From positions 1-38,156 of the IMG/VR virus record IMGVR_UViG_3300025723_000092: 38,156 nt of DNA; one strand, 5' to 3'. Positions 17,801 through 25,079 of this stretch are shown one piece after another; position 1 is the first letter of the stretch, and each line of letters begins with the position of its first letter. The DNA comes from a virus (Duplodnaviria > Caudoviricetes). The notes under the pieces are model-generated. The model saw only the letters and a program-made list of their open reading frames with translations. It ran no database searches and was not told where the DNA came from. Made by a program: the position numbers and the translations under genes.

Positions 17801-19808
17801 CTATTTCAGGGTTTACTTTTTGTTGACGTTCTTGTTCGTCATGGTACGCTTGTATTAGGCGTTGCTTTTCTTCAACAGCTTGTTGTAATTCTTTTGACAG
17901 CCCAACAACTTTAGTCTGTTCTTTTGACTCGCTATATGTTGGTTTGAATTCAGCACCAAAGTCAAAGCCCATTTGTTCTGGGGGCGCGTTCTTTTTAGCC
18001 TCTTGCACCTGCCCTTGTAAGTCTTCAATATCTTTAATTAACTTGTCTGCTTTTTGTGGGTCGTAGCCAGGACCACTTAACTTTTGTAAATCTTTTTGTT
18101 TTTTTGCAAGTTTAGTTTGCAAATCTTCAATAGCAACAACTGGTTTTTCTGTAGGCTTATAGCCTCCCAATGCTTTTAATTGCGCATTAATTTCGTCATG
18201 TTGTGCTTGTAGTTCTTTGCCGGTTTGTCTAAGATTTTTTAAAGTTTCTAATTTACCCGCACCTGCAGCTTCTGATTCTTCTGCTTGGTGAGCTTCAAGG
18301 CGTTGTGCAAGGCGTTGTTGTTGGGTGTATAGCGCCTCGGCTTGTTGTTGCTGTAACTGTTGTTGCGCTTGTGGGTCTATGCCGGGCGGTGCCATACCCG
18401 CCAACTGCCCTTGAGGCGCTTGATAGTATGGCTGTTGTTGTGTTTCTTGTGGGATACCTGCAGCTTGTTGTTCAATGCCTTGCAGTCTTTGTTGTTCAGC
18501 TTGTTTTTGTTGTTGAACTTGCTGTGTTTGTAACTGATTAAATATAGGGCGGTATTTTAAATAGTCTTTTGATCCCGCCGCAAGCACTTCTCGCATTTGC
18601 TTTAACTGTGCTTTATTTTGTTCATACTGCTCTATATCAGCAGGAAGCGCAGTTTTAATATCTGGTTTTTTCGTTTGCTTTTGTAAGTCTTTATATGCTT
18701 GTTGCTGTGTTTCATAATCTTGCACAAACTTAGACATGTAGTCTGTGTCATTGGCAAGTTTGTCTTGGTGTAATTGTGCAGGGTCTACTGCAGGTTCAGC
18801 GCCTGGTTCTGTTGGGAGTTCGCCAAGAGCTTGGGAACGATTTGCTAATGCGGCTTGTTGACGTGCATTTGCCTTATCAGAAAAACGCCCTGCTGCTCCA
18901 AGTAAACCCAATTTAGATGTTTCAAAAGCAGTCTGTCCGTAGTCAGCAAAAGCATCATCGCTAAATAAAGGTTGTCCTGCTTGAGCACGTTCTAAAAATT
19001 GCTGTGTAATTTCACCGGGCACTTCTACTGCTGTTCCTTTTGCAGTACCTTTTAAAAGCGTTTTAACAAACCCTTCATCTGCAAGTTTAGCCATTGCCGC
19101 TTTTTCTGCATCTGCAGTTAAACCGCGCGCAAGCAGTTTTTCAATACCAGGACCAAAAATAGACTTAGCAAGACCACGCCCCATTGGTATAAAATTTTCT
19201 AATACATCAATTGCGGCAGCAGGAACAGCGGCGACAGCCGCAGATGTTCTACTTACATCTATGGGTTTATTTTGCTTTTGTTGTTCTTGCGCTTGTGCTT
19301 CTAAAAAGCCACCGTACTGCTGTAAATAAGAAGGAATAAAAGCACCGGCCAAAGCGCCTTCTGGACCAAACCTAGCTCCTACTTTAGCACCGGCTACGGA
19401 CTGCGCTATTTGCGGAGCTTGTTCCGCCATAGCGTTTGGTATTTGTCGAACATACTCGCCTATAGCGGGTAATAGGCCTTCTTCTTCATATTTCTTTTTA
19501 ACTTCTGTATAGCTGGGCTGCTCAGCATAACGGTCTTGCATAGACTGTTGGCGTTGCAAAGCATTTCTAACAGCTTCGTTTTTGTCGCCTAATAAAGAAG
19601 CAAGACCCGTACGTTCAGACGATATTAAAGATTCACCGCCTAACTGAGCAGACTCTAAAAGACCGGGACGTTCTTTTTGTTTTGGCGTTTCTTTAACAGC
19701 AAATGCTTCTGGATACTCTCTTAACGAACGCACCCATGCCTCGTTAGGTGTTTCACCTTCTCGGACTGTCGCAAATGAACCGTCGGGTAGTGGTAAGTAT
19801 TCAGCCAT
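11868..19808 (-). CDS. 2646-aa large polyvalent / putative ejection protein with zincin (MPTase-like) and LPD38-like domains
   Basis: Gly/Ala-rich N-terminal region, long coiled coils, GLYDP...AHEVTGHYGLR...EEVLAE zincin, FNRKG...VPFFNAQLQ, RVPVPFEIG...SPIKIDNLIRGYTG. Confidence 0.85.
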   Translation of the reverse strand: MAEYLPLPDGSFATVREGETPNEAWVRSLREYPEAFAVKETPKQKERPGLLESAQLGGESLISSERTGLASLLGDKNEAVRNALQRQQSMQDRYAEQPSYTEVKKKYEEEGLLPAIGEYVRQIPNAMAEQAPQIAQSVAGAKVGARFGPEGALAGAFIPSYLQQYGGFLEAQAQEQQKQNKPIDVSRTSAAVAAVPAAAIDVLENFIPMGRGLAKSIFGPGIEKLLARGLTADAEKAAMAKLADEGFVKTLLKGTAKGTAVEVPGEITQQFLERAQAGQPLFSDDAFADYGQTAFETSKLGLLGAAGRFSDKANARQQAALANRSQALGELPTEPGAEPAVDPAQLHQDKLANDTDYMSKFVQDYETQQQAYKDLQKQTKKPDIKTALPADIEQYEQNKAQLKQMREVLAAGSKDYLKYRPIFNQLQTQQVQQQKQAEQQRLQGIEQQAAGIPQETQQQPYYQAPQGQLAGMAPPGIDPQAQQQLQQQQAEALYTQQQRLAQRLEAHQAEESEAAGAGKLETLKNLRQTGKELQAQHDEINAQLKALGGYKPTEKPVVAIEDLQTKLAKKQKDLQKLSGPGYDPQKADKLIKDIEDLQGQVQEAKKNAPPEQMGFDFGAEFKPTYSESKEQTKVVGLSKELQQAVEEKQRLIQAYHDEQERQQKVNPEIEALQRIKEAPVGKVEYQPQVSSLVDQLVDSAHQEGRHAGRVITGTNPEKIDQPSALRAQLAYANVTSNGERVNELKKKLQDLNEPEEDTSTYGNFNLGQLSKEAGVTGQQTQEGYNANKVTRLAQKQLAAYDRLAEFLNRIREGNQNVSPERAQTMRNAAERLKETVIGLALQEADAKRTQMRTPAMTTAEQMKLVRELSGVLNELIERSVGLFEPTRLVGEPAQYRANKLIRESTQRQERPPVGKRVFNNYKAAANSIRAQMRSVVDANTGTTEGNVSKRKPITKGPFALKTQFAGQETTVNTQFAEALKRAKSDTERTDLEELQKSFKNLSDNSKEEALKEIRNVINGRTMSFTSTLKDELADLKQARADEGAQAELFPGESEKGVTRTTSNRFLKYLDSNEVNKMRASIVAANKQAEKEADKAKQAQKEAENIDGRVDNLLLTSAAYLTAKPEEIVGLNKTVTREEKETELKNVKARNAKAVENAAEIQKEIDAVVIRLNKIVQGAEEANTHNQIHLKEIQGIYDYIAQKFLERPGVRKFGADLEFYIKELNKAQKSADASERAYNAARRIKDRVIQDSKNDSINKIVLEKGRKARVKIKEAEAALAKAKDEEAQVNRQIERLRSGVSKAEKEKEKEITQTPTTEKVYRDTMDPKVQTAVMTNRRDMGKAQNELEIAIATGNEAAIANAYKTVKKVDDAFYEIINNAPMRRVQAGEENNIRDLDKAQTKTQEKMLALADELVGATLPSRRLESVTKNRQGQISQKVLQKTVAQEEKEAKAQAEGPKPPLEKMAELQPKLNELRKRITYLDEHPAATNAKGEKVLSKKQKEVKAELNAQEKEFAKQLKELQEEQKTFIKEQLGRRTKQKSFGKTASKALKQASKEIKKQTKTQNAVGDVYFSQENEDTQTLDQVMNQKALFRTVSNSGTSLSVSDVAKWADKIVERWTNVPDIMTVDSEEQLPIALKHQIENAGRAGKVPGLYDPATRRVYLIAKNLSSPQEIALTIAHEVTGHYGLREMLGKDYAKTMQALYENNAYVKEQADIKLAEDPKIGHGIAVEEVLAEMAEKGVDDTPEQKSALKEIFDAIKNWFAKTFGYKNISDAEVRQIVANARRYVIEGGTKTNEAEVSKAVFRTAKAEGFDEALKVADSLIANSKTVRQKVEANLGLAGRTQFLDRLAPLEKIAKDQMDGLKGTQMMYYLRMADQKMSFVQQAVGKGVPDFVEYTRKDGQKETIIESKAGANLHNVVNILKTAPGMNAEAANKLFTLYLAGRRAERVGYDTLNFGVSATDIKNAVANIESNKDVLSVFNKARDEYNKYNRNLMTFLQKAGVISKEEAARLVKADDYIPYYRERNGNAELIIGNENPITIGNLKDQPQLRQLIGGEEKILDFLTSSVQNTSMIMDAALRNRATRNAMHELVGIKMATFLKGATAGADIVKFKQDGVDKYVRVETDVAGIPADLLVKGMEGIPVNTSALIKIMGSASSLVRKAVTLNPVFPLRQLFRDSVAAPILSGADFVPILGAIKELGKSATKEKLESRGITGGQIFTGTNEDLKKILQDFQSGKIGLSQLIARAEALNMEADASTRRAQYNSYINQGLSEMEATLMSLESMNFNRKGLSTSVRVASQIVPFFNAQLQSLDVLYRAMTGKLPFNERLKIQQKLYERGLLMAGTAVAYAMLMQDDEAYKNATPDEKYGNFFVHIPGIKEPLRVPVPFEIGYIFKGIPEALVNTMMNKDGAKEARQAFENIALQTIPGGSSMFMPALFKPFVENVTNYSFNTGRNLESKAQQVELPQYRYNDTTSEIAKRLGSALGYSPIKIDNLIRGYTGTLGTALAQAVSMSMPDQGPEKTAKRLTEMPVIGAMFQPLDAGGQVAALYDRLIEIQQTKKSFDDLINKGQRQEAMALLQKRTNEIAQSSIAGNAQAQLNNIAKAMNAIKASSMPPDEKREQLDKLQQVRINYAKAIRGVVGTS

Positions 19809-19846
19809 AAAATTAAATTGTTAAAAGCCAAACTCCATTATGCCAT

Positions 19847-22108
19847 TTATGGACGCACATTACCAGCTGCATTTTGGACTGTGTTAGGTCTTAACGCAGA
19901 TTTCATGTAGTTATCTAATAAAGGTTTGTATTCAGGATGTTGGCTTGCAAATAAAGGATCTACTAGCATTTTTTCAACAATAGCAGCTTGGTTTTGTTTT
20001 TCTTGAGTCATTTGCTGATAGGTTCTTAAAGCGCCTGGATTGTTATACGCAAATTCTAAATCTGATCTTGGTTTTGTTGCGTTTAAACGTGCAATTTCGT
20101 CTTGAGCAGAGTAATGAGGACCTAACATTTCAAGTTCTTTATTTTTAGCACCTACTACACCTGTGTAATAGTCTCTCATCATAGCCATTTCTTGGCGTTT
20201 GAGTTCCTCATCACGTGCTTGTTTCTCTTGTTCTTGTGCACCTTTAAGTGCGCCAATACCTGCTTCACCTATGTTTTGTAAAGCGTAGGGTGATTTTCCT
20301 GCCATCATACCAAGACCAAAATTCATTAAGAAATCATTCCAGTCTCTACCGCCAGTAGGCTTAAGTCCTTGTCCACTTGGTGCTGCGGGGTTTATGCCTC
20401 CTGTTGTTGGGGCAGAAGGTGGTTTTGCTTCGTTGCTTGATGGCGCTGAATTGGCGTTAATATATCCGTTAAAACTATAGTCAGGTTTAAAATCATAAGA
20501 GTTTGCACCCATAGACGCAGTTGTATCTGAACCTACACCCGCGTTTTGCACAGTGTTAATGTTTGATGGGGATTGTGGTTGTTCAGCGGCATGCATTAAA
20601 TCAATAGCTTTAGCAGAATCCGCAAGTTTTATGGTGTTTAGTTTTGCGTTGGGTGCAATTTGCGCAAGCCCTTTTTCTGCTTCGTTTGCAATATTAGCAG
20701 TTTGTGTTGCGGCATCAACAGACTGTTGTGCGCCTTTTGCCGCGGCTTGATCTTGTTGCAATAAACGCATACGACGCGCTTGTTCAGCGGCTGTTCTTGT
20801 GGCTTGTGATTCTGCAGACAATGCAGAAATACCTTCTGCTGTAGGAGCTACTAAGCGGGGTGTATTAGCAACTTTTGCAAGTGCTTCGGCTTTAGCTACT
20901 GCTTCTGCTGTAGGCGCCAATCCTTTAGATACAGCACCAACGCCTTTTGCTACGCCAGATACGGGAGCAGTAAAACTTCCTAATGCGTTAAGTGTGTTAT
21001 TAATGTTACGTTGGTATTCTTCAGGCACTCCTAAATAATCAGCAAACTTACCCATTGGGGTGCTAGTATCCACATAAGCAGGAGCTTTGACATCTTGACC
21101 TGGAATAAGAGAAGCTAACCCACCTGCAGGAACAGTAGGTGGCGCAGTTGGGGCAGAAGGTTGAACAACTTCTTCACCTTTGCTAAGAGACAAATCTGTT
21201 GGTACTTGGTTACTACGTTGCTTTTCATTTAATTCAGAAGCTGTTGCAGCATTAAACGGTATGTAATGGCTTATTTTTTTAAGATAGTTCTTTGGTTCTT
21301 GTTTGCCAAGATTAGCAGGAACAAGTTGACCATTATTATTTCTTAAATGATTATTTAAAAAGGTTTCACCTTGGTTATACCCAACCGCCATTTTTTGAGG
21401 ATCATTATCATATTTCTTTTGCAAATCTTTCATGTACGCTAAAGAAGCATCTATATTTTTAAAGCCGTCTTTGCGGTCTTCTGCATGGATGCCGTATGCT
21501 CTAGCCGTGCTTTTTGTAAGTTGCCCAATACCCACAGGACCTGTTGGTGATTTAGCATTAGGATTGTAATTAGATTCAGTTGTAAAAATACCATCAACAA
21601 AACGAGGATCTAATCCTAGTTTTTCGGCTTGTGCAACGGCGTATCTACGATACACAGAAGCGTCATATGTGTTACCGCCTTCAGCATATCCAACAATACC
21701 ACCATCAGCCATATGTTGCATGTTAGGCGCAGGGGCTTGTGCAATACCAGACATTTCTGGTGGTTGTCCTTGTGGCGCGGTTTGTGGCGCGGTTTGTGGC
21801 ATTTGTGGCGCGGTTTGTGATTGAGGCATTACTGGCATTTGTAATGCTTCGTGCCTTGGCGCTAAAGAGGCAAGTGCGGTATTGGAAATAGTTTGTTGTG
21901 GCGGTTGTGCGGCTAATGCTCTGGCTTGATCAGAAGTTTGATTGATCGTCATTGCCAAAGACAATAAAGATGCGTAACCAGGATCATCTTTGTGTTGCGC
22001 CACATAGCTTTGCAACTGACCTTTGTTTTTCATGTCCAATAACAACTGCGTTGTTTGTGGAATGTTTTGTGGTAGTGTGGCGTTCATTGCCGGAGACATC
22101 ATAGTCAT
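19847..22108 (-). CDS. Internal virion protein with soluble lytic transglycosylase (SLT) domain
   Basis: ESNYNPNAKSPTGPVGIGQL...NIDASLAYM...VGYNQG; C-terminal FLMNFGLGMMAG...NIGEAG typical of ejected proteins. Confidence 0.85.
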   Translation of the reverse strand: MTMMSPAMNATLPQNIPQTTQLLLDMKNKGQLQSYVAQHKDDPGYASLLSLAMTINQTSDQARALAAQPPQQTISNTALASLAPRHEALQMPVMPQSQTAPQMPQTAPQTAPQGQPPEMSGIAQAPAPNMQHMADGGIVGYAEGGNTYDASVYRRYAVAQAEKLGLDPRFVDGIFTTESNYNPNAKSPTGPVGIGQLTKSTARAYGIHAEDRKDGFKNIDASLAYMKDLQKKYDNDPQKMAVGYNQGETFLNNHLRNNNGQLVPANLGKQEPKNYLKKISHYIPFNAATASELNEKQRSNQVPTDLSLSKGEEVVQPSAPTAPPTVPAGGLASLIPGQDVKAPAYVDTSTPMGKFADYLGVPEEYQRNINNTLNALGSFTAPVSGVAKGVGAVSKGLAPTAEAVAKAEALAKVANTPRLVAPTAEGISALSAESQATRTAAEQARRMRLLQQDQAAAKGAQQSVDAATQTANIANEAEKGLAQIAPNAKLNTIKLADSAKAIDLMHAAEQPQSPSNINTVQNAGVGSDTTASMGANSYDFKPDYSFNGYINANSAPSSNEAKPPSAPTTGGINPAAPSGQGLKPTGGRDWNDFLMNFGLGMMAGKSPYALQNIGEAGIGALKGAQEQEKQARDEELKRQEMAMMRDYYTGVVGAKNKELEMLGPHYSAQDEIARLNATKPRSDLEFAYNNPGALRTYQQMTQEKQNQAAIVEKMLVDPLFASQHPEYKPLLDNYMKSALRPNTVQNAAGNVRP
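21770..21819. repeat. 12-bp coding tandem repeat (QTAP units)
   Basis: TGTGGCGCGGTT three times with one 9-bp interruption. Confidence 0.8.
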
Positions 22109-22117
22109 TTTTATTCC

Positions 22118-23479
22118 TTATCCAAGCTTTGCTAAAGCAAGATCACCAAGACCCGCACCGCTTTTTTTACGATTATCAGGCGCTTTAATTCGACCACCTG
22201 CATTCTTTTTAGTAGGTGTACCCGTTATGTTGTTGTATACCCCGTAAGCACCTGCGCCCGCAGTTGCAAGACCCGCCGCTTGAGAAATCATGCTAGGCGC
22301 GGCTGTATAGTTTTGTGTTGTAACGTTTTGTGGTGCACCTGCATATAAAGATTCCAACTGCGCCAGTTGTTGCATTGGGTATTGTTGCATAGTCGCATAG
22401 TTTGCCATGCCTTGGTTGAGCATATTTTGGTTTTGTTGCTGTTGTTGAGCGCCGTATGTGTTTTGCAATCCGGCAATACTTTGTTGAGCGCCAAGTTGTT
22501 GAGTTCCAATATTGGCAAGATTTTGCCCTTGAGCGCCTGTACCCGTATACGCATTTTGTGTGGTGTTGATACCTGTTAAGCCTGTTTGTGCGCCTTGCAT
22601 ACCAGTTTGTGCGCCTTGCATACCAAGCGTTGCCGCTGTTTGCATATTTTGATTAGCGGTATTAAAAGCATTGTTATACCCAGTTCCAATCAAAGAATTC
22701 ATCTGTTGTTGGTTAGCGGCATTTTGTGCAACTTGTTGCAGTCCTTGGCGAGAACCGCCAAAAGCCCCGGCTTGCGTAGCTTGTGCATTTTGTTGCGCTC
22801 CTTGTTGTCCTTGCAATTGCGTAAGCGCTTGTTCTTGTGGGTTAAGAACGTTTTGCAAATACGGATTCATGTAGTTAGCAATAGCGTTGGGGTCTTGTGC
22901 ATTTTGTCCATAGCTCATACCCGCACGAGCACCCATTTGCCCATAGTTAGCGCCCATCTGTCCATACTGTCCAGCATTTGTTGCAGAACCAAGTAAACCT
23001 TGAGCCGCTTGACTTGTTAAGTCTGTTGCTTGCCCGTACTGCCCAGGCATTTGCATGTTTCCTGCAGTGTTAAAAGACTGCTGTTGTAGGGGTGTAAATC
23101 CTGCTGTTGTGCTTTGCGCGGCTTGCAAAGCCTGTTGTGTCATGGGATCTGTTGCACCCGCATTAAAAGGCGTATACCCGGCTTGATTACCTAAATTTGT
23201 GGGAGCTACTGGTGCAGTAAGATTTGGATTGTTTGCCCCACCCTGCGCATTGTATTGCGCCATTTGCTGATTGTAAGCATCAAGCGCTTGGGAATATTGT
23301 GGGTAGGCATTTGCCATACCGGATTGAATAAGCGATTGAACACCTTGTTGCGCCCAAGGCGCAATGTTTGAAGTTGTAACAGATTGTGAAGAAGGTGTTG
23401 CGGCGCTGTTACTGCCTCCCCCACCGCTTTTACTGCCTAATAAATACCCGCCTAAAGCTCCGCCAGCAAGTGCCCACAT
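22118..23479 (-). CDS. Gln/Gly/Ala-rich putative DNA ejection (pilot-like) protein
   Basis: N-terminal ALAGGALGG, YMNPYLQNV, AGAFGGSRQ motifs; heptad repeats GMQGAQT. Confidence 0.75.
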   Translation of the reverse strand: MWALAGGALGGYLLGSKSGGGGSNSAATPSSQSVTTSNIAPWAQQGVQSLIQSGMANAYPQYSQALDAYNQQMAQYNAQGGANNPNLTAPVAPTNLGNQAGYTPFNAGATDPMTQQALQAAQSTTAGFTPLQQQSFNTAGNMQMPGQYGQATDLTSQAAQGLLGSATNAGQYGQMGANYGQMGARAGMSYGQNAQDPNAIANYMNPYLQNVLNPQEQALTQLQGQQGAQQNAQATQAGAFGGSRQGLQQVAQNAANQQQMNSLIGTGYNNAFNTANQNMQTAATLGMQGAQTGMQGAQTGLTGINTTQNAYTGTGAQGQNLANIGTQQLGAQQSIAGLQNTYGAQQQQQNQNMLNQGMANYATMQQYPMQQLAQLESLYAGAPQNVTTQNYTAAPSMISQAAGLATAGAGAYGVYNNITGTPTKKNAGGRIKAPDNRKKSGAGLGDLALAKLG

Positions 23480-23481
23480 AA

Positions 23482-23805
23482 TTATTCCTTCATTATTACA
23501 AGTTGATCCACTTTTTCTGGATCTTTTTCATCTGTTGCATGAATACAAAACCAAACACTGTCTTCAAGCGCCGTAACTGAATGGTGTAATCCCGCTTTTA
23601 TTTCAATGCAAGCAGGTGCTGTGTATTCTGTCTCTGTGTTTTCTACGCCTACAATAACTCTGCCTTTAGCTAAAATACTTAAATGCGCATACTCGTGTTT
23701 GTGCTGTACACCAAAATTGCCTTTAGGTATAAAAGATTCTTTAGCATACAAACCATCTGAAAAATGATGTGTTATACCAATAAACTTTTCTATGTCTGTG
23801 CTCAT
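23482..23805 (-). CDS. Cupin (RmlC-like) domain protein
   Basis: HHFSDGLYAKE...HKHEYAH...KGRV...AGLHHSVTALEDSVWFCIH. Confidence 0.8.
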   Translation of the reverse strand: MSTDIEKFIGITHHFSDGLYAKESFIPKGNFGVQHKHEYAHLSILAKGRVIVGVENTETEYTAPACIEIKAGLHHSVTALEDSVWFCIHATDEKDPEKVDQLVIMKE

Positions 23806-24743
23806 GCGGGTATATACCTATCTGGGTGAATTGCTTTAGCTTGTTTTGGCGTTCCTGTTCTTGCTCGTCTAACCCTGTCCATCATACTGTAAAGCTTCTT
23901 AGCGCCCGCATCAGAGGATCCATTGCCAAGATGAGACACCACATCTGCAGGAACAACAAACTCATCATTGGCAAGTCTAGCGGGTTGATGGTTATTAATT
24001 GTTGCAGGAATAGAATCAGACATGCCGTCCCCAGGACCCTTAAGCATACGCCCACCATCTGAATAAGAACCTAAATCAGAAATACCCCCACTTGCTAAAT
24101 GCATAACAGGGTGTGCGACAGGTGTGCTTGTTGGCGCAATAAATTGCGGGTTTACATTATGCACCATAGGTGCATTGGGGTTGGCAGGTATTGTTCCGCC
24201 TCCTGCATAGCCAGAAGGTCTTGTTGGATAATGAACCCCCCCAGCCCCAGTAAAACCCATAACAGGCGTTGTTTGTGGGTTGGGGAAATTTGTTTTTGGT
24301 TTTTGCGCAAGTAAATATCCGCCACCCAACGCTAAAGCACCTTTAACATAAGGATTAGACAAAAGACCGGCTCCTGCTGTTCCTGCAGTTCCTGCAGTTC
24401 CTGCAGTTCCTGCAGCCCCCGCCGCTGATACACCGGGAATTGCTCCTTGTGGGGCGCCCGCCATAGTTGTTTCTGCTCCCGCAGGAACTACAGTTGATAA
24501 ATCAGTAACAGGGGCGCCCCCAGGTATAGCTGTATCACCAAAACTAGGTATTAAATCAGCAAGACCGCCCCCCATTGCCGCGTATCCACCTGCGCCCAAA
24601 ACTGCAAGTTCTAAAGCTTTTTCTGCAAAAGACTGATTACCAAAAGACTTACTTAAATTGGTTAATCCATTTCCTATGCCACCCAGTCCTGCACTGGATA
24701 GAGTACCACCTATGCTACCTAATGGATCTGAAAAAAAACTCAT
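23802..24743 (-). CDS. Putative internal virion protein with GPGDGMSDSIPA...EFVVPA motif
   Basis: Gly/Ala-rich hydrophobic N-terminus; C-terminal motif resembles the GPGxGxSDSIPA module of tape-measure-like proteins. Confidence 0.7.
   Translation of the reverse strand: MSFFSDPLGSIGGTLSSAGLGGIGNGLTNLSKSFGNQSFAEKALELAVLGAGGYAAMGGGLADLIPSFGDTAIPGGAPVTDLSTVVPAGAETTMAGAPQGAIPGVSAAGAAGTAGTAGTAGTAGAGLLSNPYVKGALALGGGYLLAQKPKTNFPNPQTTPVMGFTGAGGVHYPTRPSGYAGGGTIPANPNAPMVHNVNPQFIAPTSTPVAHPVMHLASGGISDLGSYSDGGRMLKGPGDGMSDSIPATINNHQPARLANDEFVVPADVVSHLGNGSSDAGAKKLYSMMDRVRRARTGTPKQAKAIHPDRYIPA
24372..24415. repeat. 9-bp coding tandem repeat (AGT units)
   Basis: TCCTGCAGT about five times. Confidence 0.85.
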
Positions 24744-25078
24744 GATACAACCTTTAGTACATTACTAGCTGAAGTGTCGTAATAAACATCTCCAGACCTT
24801 AAATACGATTTAAATGTTTGCGTTGGCAAACTGATTTGATACGTAACCGGATTAGCATGAGGAGTGGGCTGTCTAAAACTTAATGCGGTAATCATGGCGC
24901 CAGGCTTACCAGGTGCTATTGTACTTCCCAAATTCTGAGATGCCAAGCTAATTGGGCTTGCATTATCTAACTGATTAAAGTATATGCGTAAGATATTGAC
25001 CAAATTTTGCATGTAGTTTTGGTCATATGTTGTAGGAGCGTTTGCTAATCTTGGTGCAATTGAATTTAACTGTGACAT
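24740..25078 (-). CDS. Hypothetical virion-module protein
   Basis: Tightly packed between the tail gene and internal virion genes; PRLANAPTTYDQ...LRIYFNQLD. Confidence 0.75.
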   Translation of the reverse strand: MSQLNSIAPRLANAPTTYDQNYMQNLVNILRIYFNQLDNASPISLASQNLGSTIAPGKPGAMITALSFRQPTPHANPVTYQISLPTQTFKSYLRSGDVYYDTSASNVLKVVS

Positions 25079-25079
25079 C

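Noticed and set aside
12531-18541. Many + strand ORFs opposite the giant gene
   Set aside because: Antisense shadows (Phe/Leu/Ser-rich mirror of Lys/Glu/Gln codons) with no independent signals.
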